From positions 5,778 through 69,777 of the forward strand of contig DATJZU010000158.1 in assembly GCA_035498835.1 (NCBI GenBank): a stretch of 64,000 bases of DNA, in the 5' to 3' direction. Each line of letters starts with the position of its first letter. Position 1 is the first letter of the stretch. The notes under the pieces are model-generated. The model had not been told where the DNA came from. It did no database searches and was given only the letters and a program-made list of their open reading frames with translations. Below, one piece after another: positions 36,401 to 45,847 of this stretch. The DNA is from Thermoanaerobaculia bacterium. GTDB taxonomy: Bacteria; Acidobacteriota; Thermoanaerobaculia; UBA5066; Gp7-AA6. The translations under genes and the position numbers were made by a program.

Positions 36401-37400
36401 GCGCCTCCGGCTCCGCGACGACCGACGCCGCGACGTCCTGGATCAGGAACGGCGGGCGCCGCGCCCGAGGCACGCGCAGGCTGCCGGTCACCCGGAAGCC
36501 GCCCGAGGGCGGGACCTCGAGCCGCGCGCGCACGGACGCCTCGCCCTCGAAGCCGAGCCCCGAGTGGAACAGGCGTTCGACCTCGGCGATCTGGAAGTCG
36601 CCCGAGACGAGGAGGCCGATCCGCGGGCTTGCCGGGTCCTCGATCGCACCCGAAGCAACGAGGCGCCCGAAGGGCCCCTCGAGCCGGAAGTCGTCCACCG
36701 TGATGCTTCGCGGCAGGTCGATCGCAAAGCGCAGCGACATCGCCGCGACGATCGGCTCCTTCCGCGGCAGGCGCAGCGTCGAGCGGCGCGCGACGAGCAC
36801 GCCGCGATACCGATCCGGGCCCGTGGACGTCACTTCCGCCGCGAAGTCCTCGAGGCTGCCGTCGAGATCGATCTTCCGGCCGTCGAATTCGAGGATGCCC
36901 TCCTGAACGAGCAGCGAGTCGACGCGCACCTTGACGCCGCCGGCGTTCCGGGTCGGCCGGGCGAGCCCGGGCGGCAGGTTCCAGCGACCGTCCGGCAGCT
37001 GCGCCAGGAAGATCTTCGGACGGAGCGCGCGGATGCGGCCGAGGCGCAGCTCGCCCTCCGCGAGCGAGCGTCCGCCGCCGATCGAGATCTGCTCGGCCGT
37101 CAACAGGGGGTGATCCTCGGGAAGCCCGAGCTTCGGATCGTTTCCGACCTTCACGTTCACGAGCGAGACCGAGGGCGGAAGGAGGCGAAGGTCCACCGTC
37201 TCGAAATCCACCGGAACGCCGAGCGCCTCCGAGAGACGCGCTTGCGAGACGCCGTGCACGAGGCTCTGGAAGCGCTCGGACTTCCAAACCGAGTAGCCCG
37301 CCAGGATCAGGAACAGGACGATGATGGTGAAGAGCCGGAGGGTCGAGAGCCGCTTCAGGAGCGGCGTCGCGGTCTCCGGCGGCGATTTCGGGTCCGACAC
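33438..37400 (-). CDS. tamB: translocation and assembly module protein TamB (DUF490 C-terminus)
   Basis: N-terminal signal-anchor, long beta-helical repeat region, and a C-terminal TamB/DUF490 segment (DPIFTSSGLAGATTTVGKQISPNWSVTYSQPL). Confidence 0.8.
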   Translation of the reverse strand: MSDPKSPPETATPLLKRLSTLRLFTIIVLFLILAGYSVWKSERFQSLVHGVSQARLSEALGVPVDFETVDLRLLPPSVSLVNVKVGNDPKLGLPEDHPLLTAEQISIGGGRSLAEGELRLGRIRALRPKIFLAQLPDGRWNLPPGLARPTRNAGGVKVRVDSLLVQEGILEFDGRKIDLDGSLEDFAAEVTSTGPDRYRGVLVARRSTLRLPRKEPIVAAMSLRFAIDLPRSITVDDFRLEGPFGRLVASGAIEDPASPRIGLLVSGDFQIAEVERLFHSGLGFEGEASVRARLEVPPSGGFRVTGSLRVPRARRPPFLIQDVAASVVAEPEALVAKIERARYAGGQAQGVFRIAALTTAQEPMTIAIDGDGISLEAFFADLGLPGTGLSGDAALRLALRWGEEGITRASGGGRLDVRAGPAVSQVRGRFGIPTEGGGPLVVTRGRVGFENCALRFPHGTLEFTGGIPIGDWQPDFDFHLRSRDFTETDRLFQNFVAASGGKAGPLGLGGTGEVAGHLGRSWSDPEATVQVTAEDARYGGVLFGSARGTVDMSDGAFLFRPLRVYEGDATLSLEGRAAYRSQPGKPDLDLVVSAKEFPLPRLLKYLDLDLPIDGRLTGSFPLSGSKTALTGGGPAELDAAHVWGQAFERVTGRAALTPGRFALEEIRAPIGGGMVGGGGTYAFQEKRFEVRMAGDGVPLDAIDAFHTLGKDAAGKLSFQVSGSGTLDRPDLTLTASLAQTVLFGRSISEDAQPAVSARVEDGKLEGELVVAKGFRLTASGEIFREGAPLDVRLEASSLAALLRFTPLELPEGYGGAVDAAGTIVLPTKEGEWPSGRIRVTRAVIDLPGRAAALHMADEEVATLDGRRLTLSPFSIEGEGTAIALQGWIGLGDPAEMSVTASGPMDPALVALAFPDLPLNGRLRLAVTATGPIARPRLTGEVSLADGKYRMSGISQLMDNIEGTIRFEAAGTGSLEARAKVGGGDASVAGTFGLDGLALKDFRLTVQGRRVTLRYPEDLRLVVDADLVATGGPTGNLVRGEVVLQRGTYSRDFDLTLTDLLAKSRPTGAAAREPWKDRTRLEIHVVSSQALEVRNNLALLTGTVDLVARGTIADPTLVGQVTLDEGGRVTFRDVRYEIESGTVTFASAHGLAPILDVRARAEVRGYDIAVNVAGSWPRLETTFSSDPPLPDADLVNLLLTGAAPGGSTSTDVSGTLASTAGSIVGSAATGVLTRPAQKLFNLERFQIDPIFTSSGLAGATTTVGKQISPNWSVTYSQPLFEAGSREPVVEVEGRISQTWVLRLRHDENNVYLIDLRRRTRS

Positions 37401-37403
37401 GCC

Positions 37404-38288
37404 TCAGACGCCCCAGTTCAGCTTTTCGGAAAGCTTGCGGAAGTGGTCCGCCTCGGGCGCGCGCAGGAGCGTCACGGGAGAGCGGCTCGAGCGGATCTCG
37501 ATCGGCGTGCCGGCGCGCACGGGCACTCCCTCCTGCCCGTCGAGCGTCAGATGGAGTCCCTCAAGCCGCCCGCGGTCGAGCACGACGAGGCCGATCGGGT
37601 CCGCGTCGCGCACGACGAGGGGCCGCTGCGCGAGCGAGTGCGGGCAGATCGGCGTCACCACGAGGGCCGGCAGCTGCGGATGGAGAATGGGACCGCCCGC
37701 CGAGAGGTTGTAGGCCGTCGAGCCGGTCGGCGTCGCGACGATGACGCCGTCCGCCCGGAAGCGCGCGACCGGCTGGCCGCCGACCGAGATGGAGAAGGTC
37801 GAGATGCGCGCGAGAGCTTCCTTGCTCAACACGGCGTCGTTGAGGGCGCGATAGGTCCCGCGTCCCGGGCCTTCGAGGATCTCGACGTCGAGACGGCGGC
37901 GCTGATCCTCGCGGAAGCCGCCCGAGAGGACCTCGTCCAGCCGCGAGAGCGCCTCGTCTCGGCGGAGACCCGCCAGGAACCCGAGCACGCCGACGTTGAT
38001 GCCGAGCACGGGCGTCGCGGGAGGCGCTGCGCGGGCCACCGAGAGGAGCGTTCCGTCGCCGCCGAGGACGAACACGACGTCCACCTCCCGGGCGATCCGG
38101 CCACGCGAGATCCCGTTCGATGCGCGGCCGAGCGCGACCGCCGTCTCGGCATCGAGCGTCACGAGGCGCCCGCGGCGGCGCAGCGCCCGTTCGAGAGCGA
38201 CCGTCAGGCGCAGGGCTTCGCGGACGGGCTTCGCGACGAGCCCGACCCGCCGGAAACGAGGACGGCCCCGGCCGCGCAATCCCTTCAC
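37404..38288 (-). CDS. nadK: NAD kinase
   Basis: GGDGT motif, NDxxxS, and GSTAY motifs (VIVATPTGSTAYNLSAGGPI). GTG start. Confidence 0.9.
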   Translation of the reverse strand: MKGLRGRGRPRFRRVGLVAKPVREALRLTVALERALRRRGRLVTLDAETAVALGRASNGISRGRIAREVDVVFVLGGDGTLLSVARAAPPATPVLGINVGVLGFLAGLRRDEALSRLDEVLSGGFREDQRRRLDVEILEGPGRGTYRALNDAVLSKEALARISTFSISVGGQPVARFRADGVIVATPTGSTAYNLSAGGPILHPQLPALVVTPICPHSLAQRPLVVRDADPIGLVVLDRGRLEGLHLTLDGQEGVPVRAGTPIEIRSSRSPVTLLRAPEADHFRKLSEKLNWGV

Positions 38289-38297
38289 ACGGAGAGT

Positions 38298-39047
38298 TTA
38301 AGGGGATTCTCGCGAACCGGGAACGCGAAACGCCAGCAGAAACTCCTGGTTGCCCGAAGCCCCGCGGATCGGCGAGGGGATCGCCTCCCCGGGCCGGAGG
38401 CCGAGGCCCTCGCCGAAGCGGCGCACTTCTTCGACGACGCGCCGCCAGACGGCCTCGGACCGGACGACGCCGCCACGCGGAACCTCGCCGCGGCCGGCCT
38501 CGAACTGGGGCTTCACGAGCACGACGATCGCGCCCCCGGGCGCGACGAGCGGGACGACGGCCGGGAGCACGAGCCGAGCGGAGATGAACGACAGGTCGAG
38601 CACCGCGAGCGCCGCCGGCTCCGGGACGTGGTCGCGCGAGAGGAATCGCGCGTTGACCTTCTCGCAGAGGACGACGCGCGGATCGGCGCGCAGCCCGGCA
38701 TCGATCTGGCCGGCGCCCACGTCCACCGCATACACGCGCGCAGCGCCGCGCTGGAGCAGACAGTCCGTGAACCCGCCGGTCGAGGCGCCCACGTCCAGGC
38801 ACACGGCGCCCGAGGGATCGAGCCCGAACGCGTCGAGCGCCGCCGCGAGCTTGACGCCGCCGCGCGACACGTAGGGATGTTCCGGACCGGCCGCTCGGAT
38901 CTCCGCGTCGTCGGCAACCGGCGTCCCCGCCTTGTCGACGCGCTTCCCGTCCACCTCGACGCGGCCGGCGAGGATGAGCGCCTGCGCCTTCTCGCGCGTC
39001 GGTGCGATGCCGCGCGCGACGAGCAACCGGTCGAGCCGCGTCTTCAC
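38298..39047 (-). CDS. tlyA: TlyA family rRNA (cytidine-2'-O)-methyltransferase
   Basis: S4 domain ([34 protein letters not shown]) plus FtsJ-like MTase ([28 protein letters not shown]). Confidence 0.9.
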   Translation of the reverse strand: MKTRLDRLLVARGIAPTREKAQALILAGRVEVDGKRVDKAGTPVADDAEIRAAGPEHPYVSRGGVKLAAALDAFGLDPSGAVCLDVGASTGGFTDCLLQRGAARVYAVDVGAGQIDAGLRADPRVVLCEKVNARFLSRDHVPEPAALAVLDLSFISARLVLPAVVPLVAPGGAIVVLVKPQFEAGRGEVPRGGVVRSEAVWRRVVEEVRRFGEGLGLRPGEAIPSPIRGASGNQEFLLAFRVPGSRESP

Positions 39048-40069
39048 GGGAACGTCAGGAGCACCTTCACCGAACCCTCCGGCTCGCGCGCCCGCGCGAA
39101 CGCCTCTTTCGCGCGATCCACCGGAAACCGATGCGTCACGAGGTCCTCGACGGCGACCCGGCCTTCGGACAGGAGCGTCAGCGCCAGCTTCATCTCGACG
39201 GGGCCGCAGGAGTACGAGGGCACGACCTCGACCTCGCGGAAATAGAGCGCGTTGCCGTCGAAGGAGAGCCGGTCGCCGGGCGCCGGCATGGTGAAGAGGA
39301 GAAGAGTGCCGCCGGGAGCCACGGTCGCGAAGGCCTCGGCGATGACCTCGCTCCTGCCGGGACAGACGAGCACGAAGTCGAATCCCTCGCCGTCCGAGAT
39401 CCGGCGGGCCCCTTCGGCGAGGGTCTCGCGCGAGACGTCGATCGTCTCCGCGGCGCCGGAGACCTGCGCCATCGCGCGCCGCGATGCCACGCGGTCCGCC
39501 CCGGCGATGCCGGTTGCCCCGAGGCGCGCCGCATAACGGACGGCGAGCTGGCCCGCGGTCCCGAGCCCGACCACGAGCAGACGGTCGTCATGATGAAAAC
39601 GCCCCTGGCGGAACGCCTTCACGACCGTCGCGAGCGGCTCGGTGAAGCTCGCGGCCTCGTCCGACAGGCCGTCCGGGATCCTCTGCGTGTCCTTCGCGAG
39701 GTTTCCGGCGGGAATCCGCACGAGCTCCGCCATCGCGCCCGGATCGAGCCGCGAGGACCGCCAGGCCGCACAGTGGACGAAGCGGCCGCGCCGGCAGGCC
39801 GAACAGTCGAGACACGGCGCGTGGTGGTGCGGCACGACGCGCTGCCCCGGCCGGAATGCGGTCACGCCCTCGCCCACCGCCGCGATCTCTCCGGCAATCT
39901 CGTGCCCGGCGATCGTGCCCGCCTTGCCGGCGGCGTACCAGCCGAGGAGGTCCGAGCCGCAGATTCCGACCGCGCGCGTCCGCAGGAGCGCCTCTCCGGG
40001 TCCGATCCGCGGCTCGGGCACTTCGACGACCGCAACGTCTCCGCCGGCGACGAACCGGACGGCCTTCAT
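39044..40069 (-). CDS. zinc-dependent alcohol dehydrogenase family (MDR)
   Basis: GHEIAGEI zinc ligand region, structural-zinc C-x2-C-x2-C-x7-C, and a Rossmann GLGTAG motif. Confidence 0.85.
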   Translation of the reverse strand: MKAVRFVAGGDVAVVEVPEPRIGPGEALLRTRAVGICGSDLLGWYAAGKAGTIAGHEIAGEIAAVGEGVTAFRPGQRVVPHHHAPCLDCSACRRGRFVHCAAWRSSRLDPGAMAELVRIPAGNLAKDTQRIPDGLSDEAASFTEPLATVVKAFRQGRFHHDDRLLVVGLGTAGQLAVRYAARLGATGIAGADRVASRRAMAQVSGAAETIDVSRETLAEGARRISDGEGFDFVLVCPGRSEVIAEAFATVAPGGTLLLFTMPAPGDRLSFDGNALYFREVEVVPSYSCGPVEMKLALTLLSEGRVAVEDLVTHRFPVDRAKEAFARAREPEGSVKVLLTFP

Positions 40070-40082
40070 CGGATCGTCTCGG

Positions 40083-41111
40083 TCACGGCGCGCCTCCGGC
40101 CGGCCGCACGGCGTAGCGCACGCCTTCGCCGCGCCCCTGCGCCTCGAGAAAGCGCGGGAGATCCGAGAGCGTTCCCACCTCCGTCACGAGCGGCCGCGGG
40201 TCCACCTCCCGTGCGGCGAGCATCGCCATCGCGGCGCGCGCCTCCTCGGGCGTGTAGTGGAAGGAGCCGATGAGCGCCATTTCCGCGTAGTGGAGGCGCG
40301 CGGCGTCGAAGGAGACCTGCACCCCCGGGGCGCAGCCGCCGAAGAGGAGGACGCGCCCGCCGTGGCGCACGAGGTTGGGCAGGCGCATCCACACGCCCGG
40401 GTCGCCCGTGCAGTCGACCGCGGCCGCGGGGAGCGCGCCCGTGCGCGAGAAGAGATCCTCCGGTTCGTGCCGGCCGAGGTCGAGGACCTCCGCGCCGCAT
40501 CCCGCCGCGAGCGACAGCCGATCGGGCCGCCGTCCCGCGACGATCGCCGGTACGCCGCGGGCACGCGCGGTGGCAGCCCAAAGGAGGGCGAGGCCGCCCG
40601 ATCCGTAGATCAGGAGCCGTTCGGGAACCGGGGCGCCGAGACGGTTCCAGCCGTGAAGAACCGACGCGAGCGGGTCGAGAAACGCCGCGGCCTCGTCCGA
40701 CAGCGAGGCCGCCGGCCGGTGCAGACTCGCCGCGACGACGCCGGCCGGCACGCGGACGAATTCCGCGAAGGCGCCCCACGTCCGGTCGGCTTGGCCGGCC
40801 GCGCAGAGGTTCCCGAAACCGTGGCGGCAGTCCGCGCACGCTCCGCACGGCCCGGTGACGCCGGGCACGACGCGTTTGCCGAGGAGGTCCGGCGCGACGC
40901 CTTCCCCCAGCTCCACGACGTCGCCGCAGACTTCGTGTCCCATCGTGACGGGATACGAGATCCGGGCGTGTCCGCGCCGCAGCAGCTTCAAGTCCGTCCC
41001 GCAGGTCAGCGCCAGACGGACGCGCAGGACCACCTCGCCTGCCGCGGGCCGCGGCACGGGAAGGTCGCGCTCCTCGAACCGGCCGAGCGCGGTCTGGACG
41101 TAAGCCCTCAT
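40083..41111 (-). CDS. zinc-dependent alcohol dehydrogenase family (MDR), tandem paralog
   Basis: GHEVCGDV, GPCGACADCRHG, and GSGGLA. Confidence 0.85.
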   Translation of the reverse strand: MRAYVQTALGRFEERDLPVPRPAAGEVVLRVRLALTCGTDLKLLRRGHARISYPVTMGHEVCGDVVELGEGVAPDLLGKRVVPGVTGPCGACADCRHGFGNLCAAGQADRTWGAFAEFVRVPAGVVAASLHRPAASLSDEAAAFLDPLASVLHGWNRLGAPVPERLLIYGSGGLALLWAATARARGVPAIVAGRRPDRLSLAAGCGAEVLDLGRHEPEDLFSRTGALPAAAVDCTGDPGVWMRLPNLVRHGGRVLLFGGCAPGVQVSFDAARLHYAEMALIGSFHYTPEEARAAMAMLAAREVDPRPLVTEVGTLSDLPRFLEAQGRGEGVRYAVRPAGGAP

Positions 41112-41132
41112 GTGCCGGCCTTCACGCCGGCC

Positions 41133-42071
41133 TCAGGAACGGCGCTCGCCGACGTAGCGCGCGAGGCCGGGAAGCAGCCCGCCGCCTCCCGGCAGCTCGC
41201 CGGCGGCCGCGAGCGCCTCCTCGAGCGTTTCCGCGAGCATCCGGCGCGAGCGTTCCACGCCCCAGACGGCCGGGAACGTGGCCTTTCCGGCTGCGGCGTC
41301 CTTGCCCGGCGTCTTGCCCAGGGTCGCGGCGTCCGACTCGACGTCGAGCAGATCGTCCTTGATCTGGAACGCCAGGCCGACCGCCCGTCCGTAGCGGTCG
41401 AGCCGCGCGAGATCTTCGTCCGACGCGAACGAGAGGATTCCCCCGACGGCGAGCGACGCGCGGATGAGGCGCCCGGTCTTGCTCTCGTGGATCGAGCGCA
41501 CGAGCTCCTCGGATACGGCCGCGGCGGCCGGCGCCTCGAGGTCCGCGACCTGGCCGCCGATCATGCCCGTGGTCCCGATGGCGTCGACGACCGCGTCGAG
41601 CGCCCGGAGCTTGGCCGCGTCGTAGATCTCCTCGCGCGGATACCGCGCGAATGTCCCGAGCCCGTGCGTCAGGAGCGCGTCGCCCGCGAGGATCGCCATC
41701 GCTTCGCCGAAGACGACGTGGCAGGTGGGCACGCCGCGCCGCAGGTCGTCGTTGTCGAGCGCCGGAAGGTCGTCGTGGATCAGCGAGTACGTGTGGATCA
41801 TCTCGAGACCGCAGGCCGGCTCGAGCGCGGGACGCGTCTCGCCGCCGACCGCCTCGGCCGCCGCGAGCGCGAGGATCGGGCGCAGGCGTTTGCCGCCCGC
41901 GAAGAGTGAATGGCGGATCGCGCGGTGCAGCGTCGCCGGCCAGGTGTCGGCCGCTGGCACGAGCCCCTCCAGCGCGGCGTCGATCTCGGCCTTGCGGCGC
42001 GCGAGCTCGGCCGAGATCCCCTTTTCTTCAGCCGCGATCGTCGTTCCCTTCCTCGTCGACGGATTCCTCAT
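41133..42071 (-). CDS. ispA: polyprenyl synthetase (farnesyl/geranylgeranyl diphosphate synthase)
   Basis: FARM LIHDDLPALDNDDLRRG and SARM FQIKDDLLD. The N-terminus overlaps xseB by about 44 nt if the first ATG is used. Confidence 0.85.
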   Translation of the reverse strand: MRNPSTRKGTTIAAEEKGISAELARRKAEIDAALEGLVPAADTWPATLHRAIRHSLFAGGKRLRPILALAAAEAVGGETRPALEPACGLEMIHTYSLIHDDLPALDNDDLRRGVPTCHVVFGEAMAILAGDALLTHGLGTFARYPREEIYDAAKLRALDAVVDAIGTTGMIGGQVADLEAPAAAAVSEELVRSIHESKTGRLIRASLAVGGILSFASDEDLARLDRYGRAVGLAFQIKDDLLDVESDAATLGKTPGKDAAAGKATFPAVWGVERSRRMLAETLEEALAAAGELPGGGGLLPGLARYVGERRS

Positions 42072-42303
42072 CGGCGCCGAATGGCGCGGTCTTCCACTCG
42101 CCGGCCGCCTCCTTCAGAACGATCTCCACGGACTTCTGAACCTCCGAGAGCTTCCCGTCGCAGAAGCGCGCGAGCGTCATTCCTTCGCGGAAGAGCTCGA
42201 ACTGGCGCTCGAGCCCGAGCTCCTCGGACTCGATCTCGGCCACGATCTCCTCGAGGCGCGCCATCGCGTCCTCGAAATTCTTCTCTTTCGGGCGGGCGGT
42301 CAT
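42028..42303 (-). CDS. xseB: exodeoxyribonuclease VII small subunit
   Basis: XseB signature FEDAMARLEEIVAEIESEELGLERQFELFREGMTLARFC. Confidence 0.85.
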   Translation of the reverse strand: MTARPKEKNFEDAMARLEEIVAEIESEELGLERQFELFREGMTLARFCDGKLSEVQKSVEIVLKEAAGEWKTAPFGADEESVDEEGNDDRG

Positions 42304-43748
42304 GATTTCTCGTCCTCCGTCTCGGGAAAGAGCGAGGGCGCCGCCGGAGGCTCCTCGCGGAAGAGCGGCGCGTCCTCCCGGATCCGGCCCCCCTCGCGGA
42401 CGACGGCGCCGAGCTCCCCTTCGTGCAAGCGCACCCGGATGCGCTCCCCCGCCCTGACCTCCGAGGAGGAGAGAAGCGGACGCTTGGTCCCCGGCTTGTA
42501 GGCGACGGCGTATCCGCGCGCGAGGACCGCAAGCGGGGAAAGCGCGTCGAGCTTCGCCGCCATGCCGGCCAGGCGCTCGCGACGGCGCTCCATGACGCGG
42601 CCCATTCGCGCCTCGAGCCGGTGCGAGGCGTGCGCCAGGCGCGCGCGGCGTTCGGCGAGGCGCGCGACGCGGGCGAACGCCTGAAAGGTCCGATGCGCCT
42701 GGGTCAGGCGGGAGCGCTCGGCCGCCGGCCGGCGGGCCAGCGCATCTCGGAGCGTCTCCCGCGACTGCGCGACGCGGTCGCGCCACTCTCGCAGGCGATA
42801 GCGCAAACGCAGCAGGCCTTCCGCCCGCGACAGCGCCGACAGCCGCGCGCGCTGGAGCGACAGACTCGCGGCCAGGGCGCGCTCGGCGCGGCGCCGCGCG
42901 TCGGAGACGCGGCGCGCAAGGCCGTCCTTCCGCTCGACGACGAGCTCGGCAGCCGCGGACGGCGTCGCGGCGCGAAGGTCGGCCACGAGATCGCAGATCG
43001 TGACGTCCGTCTCGTGCCCGACCGCCGAGATCGTCGGAATCCGGCACTCCGCCAGCGCTCGGGCGACGCGCTCGCTGTTGAAAGGCGCGAGGTCCTCGAC
43101 CGAGCCGCCGCCGCGCGCGACGATCAGGACGTCGAACGCCCCGCGGGTGCTGCACGCGCGGATGCCGGCTGCGATCTCTCCGGCGGCGAGCTCTCCCTGC
43201 ACGCGGACCGGGTAGATCGTGATCGCGAGGCCGTCGAACCGGCGGCGCAGGATCGAGAGGATGTCTCGCACGGCCGCGCCTTCGGGCGAGGTCACGACCG
43301 CGATCGCGCGGGGAAGGGTCGGAATCGGGCGTTTGCGCGCCCTGTCGAACAGCCCCTCGGCCTCGAGCTTCTTCTTCAGCTGCTCGAAGGCGAGCTGCAG
43401 GGCACCCGCGCCGATCGGTTCGAGCGTCCAGGCCTTGAGCTGAAACCGGCCCTGCGGCGCCCAGAGATCGAGCGTGCCGCGCGCCACGATCTCGAGCCCC
43501 GGCTCCGGGCGGAAGGGCACGCGCGCCAGCTCCGACGCGAAGATCACGGCGTTGAGGGTCGCCGCGCGGTCCTTGAGGGTGAAGTAGCCGTGGCCGCCGC
43601 GCAGATCGAAGCGCCCGATCTCGCCCGCGACGGAAACGTCGCGCCAGCCGCTCTTCAGGCTCGAGCCGACCTCGGACAGAAGCTCCGACACCGTATACGG
43701 CCGGGGCGGCGCGGCGGCGGGGACGGGCTTCGGAAACATCCGCGACAT
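42300..43748 (-). CDS. xseA: exodeoxyribonuclease VII large subunit
   Basis: OB-fold N-terminus (VSVAGEIGRFDLRGGHGYFTLKD) and catalytic core (VVTSPEGAAVRDIL ... IVARGGGSVEDLAPFN). Overlaps the xseB start (ATGA). Confidence 0.9.
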   Translation of the reverse strand: MSRMFPKPVPAAAPPRPYTVSELLSEVGSSLKSGWRDVSVAGEIGRFDLRGGHGYFTLKDRAATLNAVIFASELARVPFRPEPGLEIVARGTLDLWAPQGRFQLKAWTLEPIGAGALQLAFEQLKKKLEAEGLFDRARKRPIPTLPRAIAVVTSPEGAAVRDILSILRRRFDGLAITIYPVRVQGELAAGEIAAGIRACSTRGAFDVLIVARGGGSVEDLAPFNSERVARALAECRIPTISAVGHETDVTICDLVADLRAATPSAAAELVVERKDGLARRVSDARRRAERALAASLSLQRARLSALSRAEGLLRLRYRLREWRDRVAQSRETLRDALARRPAAERSRLTQAHRTFQAFARVARLAERRARLAHASHRLEARMGRVMERRRERLAGMAAKLDALSPLAVLARGYAVAYKPGTKRPLLSSSEVRAGERIRVRLHEGELGAVVREGGRIREDAPLFREEPPAAPSLFPETEDEKS

Positions 43749-43749
43749 T

Positions 43750-44826
43750 CTAAACGGACGCCCCTTCCCGGCCGGGCGCGGTCGCCGCCGAGAACGGCAG
43801 CGCCCAGAGAAGGAGCGTCGCCATCTCGACTTCGGTGTCTCCGAAGTTGTATTCGAAGAAGCCGGCGACGAAAAGCGCGATCGAGGCGAGGAGCACGGCG
43901 GCCAGCGGCGCCGCGACCTCGGGTCGCTGCTCGCGGCGCAGGCGCCGCGCGGACGCGGCGATCGGAAGAATGGCCATCCCCAGATAGGTGGCGGCCGCCG
44001 GAACTCCCGAGGCCGCGGCGATCTGGACGGCGTTGTTGTGCAGGTGCGCGACGGACCAATGAACGGAGTCGGCGTCCCTGTAGAGCGGGTAGTAGTACTT
44101 CACCATCTCCGGCCCGAGGCCGAGGATCGGAAAGTCGCCCACCATCCGCATCCCGGCGTGCCACATCGACACCCGGTCCCGGTTGCTCGGGTCGGAGAGG
44201 TCGCCGATCGAGCGCATGCGGCTCCGAATCTCCAAGGGAAGCAGAGCGACCACGAGAACGAGGGCGGGGAGAAAAATGAGCAGCCCGCGCGGCCGGCGCC
44301 AGAGGAGGTATCCGAGGAGCGCAGCGAGCATTCCGACGTAGGCGTTGCGCGTGAAGGTCAGGAGCATCGCTGCCAGCGGTACTGCGGCAGCGAGGCCGAT
44401 CCAGCGGCCCCGGCCGCGCCCCTCGAAGAGGATCGCGAGAAGGATGCAGCTCGCGATCATGACGATCGCCGAGAAGGTCATGTAGGTCGAGAGGGTCGCG
44501 TGGATGCGGTTCTCCAGATCGTCGCCGCCGTGCGCGAACTGCCAGAGCCCGGCCATTGCGATCGCCGTTCCGCTCGCGGCGAGGGCCAGGGTCAGCAGTC
44601 GCCCGCGGCGGGCGTCGTCCGCGAGATCCATCGCGATCGGCAGCGCGAGCATGAGGAGGACTCCGGCGAGGTGTCTTCCGCTCGTCCGCACATCGGCGGC
44701 GAAGACCGTCGCGAGCGCCGTCCACGCGGCGAGCAGGGCCGCGAGCGCCGCCGGCCAGGATCCGAGGGAAGGCGGAATCCGTCTCCGCCGGATCGCGTCC
44801 GCGACCCATAGGAGAGCGAGCAGCAC
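43750..44826 (-). CDS. O-antigen ligase family protein (Wzy_C)
   Basis: Multi-TM protein with a Wzy_C-like periplasmic loop (TFTRNAYVGMLAALLGYLLW...). Confidence 0.7.
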   Translation of the reverse strand: MLLALLWVADAIRRRRIPPSLGSWPAALAALLAAWTALATVFAADVRTSGRHLAGVLLMLALPIAMDLADDARRGRLLTLALAASGTAIAMAGLWQFAHGGDDLENRIHATLSTYMTFSAIVMIASCILLAILFEGRGRGRWIGLAAAVPLAAMLLTFTRNAYVGMLAALLGYLLWRRPRGLLIFLPALVLVVALLPLEIRSRMRSIGDLSDPSNRDRVSMWHAGMRMVGDFPILGLGPEMVKYYYPLYRDADSVHWSVAHLHNNAVQIAAASGVPAAATYLGMAILPIAASARRLRREQRPEVAAPLAAVLLASIALFVAGFFEYNFGDTEVEMATLLLWALPFSAATAPGREGASV

Positions 44827-44911
44827 GAAGGCGATGTAGGCCGGAGCGATGAACGGAGTCAGGACGGCGAAGAGGAGAAGGAGGCCGAAGAGGAGATTGC
44901 GGATCGTCGCC

Positions 44912-45166
44912 TCAACGCGTGAGCGCCTCGGAGCCCGGCAGCGCTTCGTCCACGAGCATGACCGGGATGTCCGAAACGATCGGATAGACGAGGTCGGCCT
45001 GCTTCGAGTAGAGGCCCTGCGTCACGACGGGCTCCTCGTCGCGGAACTTCTCGCGATACTTCTCGACGAGCTTGCGGCGCGTTTCGTCCTTCAGCTCGAC
45101 GAGCTCGAGCGGCCCTTTCGTCTTGGGGCAGACCAGGATGGCGAGCAGCTCCGGATCCACGGACAT
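44912..45166 (-). CDS. Trm112 family protein (UPF0434)
   Basis: LLAILVCPKTKGPLELVELKD...LVYPIVSDIPVMLVDEA. Confidence 0.7.
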   Translation of the reverse strand: MSVDPELLAILVCPKTKGPLELVELKDETRRKLVEKYREKFRDEEPVVTQGLYSKQADLVYPIVSDIPVMLVDEALPGSEALTR

Positions 45167-45234
45167 GGCGGCCTCCGCCCGAAAGAGTATCAGGGGTCGG
45201 GGCGGCCGGAAGGCCGCCCCTTCCCGCGAAAGAG

Positions 45235-45756
45235 TTACTTGGCTGCGGCGCCTTCGATCGGGATCGGCAGGTTGCTCAACAGGTGAAGCCGTCCGGCCGT
45301 CGTCACGAAGTCGTCGATCAGTGCGAAGTGGCCCGCGGCCCGGACGTCGAGCTTCTGGCTGTAGATCCCGAAGTACTTCACGCGGAGGTCGGTCGTCTTC
45401 TTCTGTGCCTCGGCAGACTCGTTGATGAGCGACGTAATCTGCGCGTCGGTCAGAGCGTCGATGTTCTGGATGTAACGGCGGACGAGCTCCATGCGCGACG
45501 CCATGATGGCGTCCTGTTCCTTTTCGAAGTCCGCGTAGACGCCCCAGAACGTCTGGAGCTGGCTCGCCGACAGATAGCTCATTCCCGAGGCGAAGAGCTT
45601 GCGCCGCTCCTCGCTGACGGCGGCCTGGTACTTCGCCATGTCCGAGGCGACGGAGCCGGAGGGGGCGGGCTTTCCCGAGCCGGACTGCGGCTGTTGGGCC
45701 GCGGCGGTGGCTGCCAGGCCGGCGGTGAGGACGAGGGCGATCAGGGGTTTTCTCAT
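45235..45756 (-). CDS. hypothetical secreted protein
   Basis: Clear signal peptide MRKPLIALVLTAGLAATAAAQQ. No recognisable domain. Confidence 0.45.
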   Translation of the reverse strand: MRKPLIALVLTAGLAATAAAQQPQSGSGKPAPSGSVASDMAKYQAAVSEERRKLFASGMSYLSASQLQTFWGVYADFEKEQDAIMASRMELVRRYIQNIDALTDAQITSLINESAEAQKKTTDLRVKYFGIYSQKLDVRAAGHFALIDDFVTTAGRLHLLSNLPIPIEGAAAK

Positions 45757-45847
45757 TCGAACTCTCCTTCTTCTGCGGTCTTGGAACCGCGCATCGTATA
45801 CCGAAGGCGCGGACCCGCCCGTTCGCCCCCTCTGCTAGCTTTCGCCC

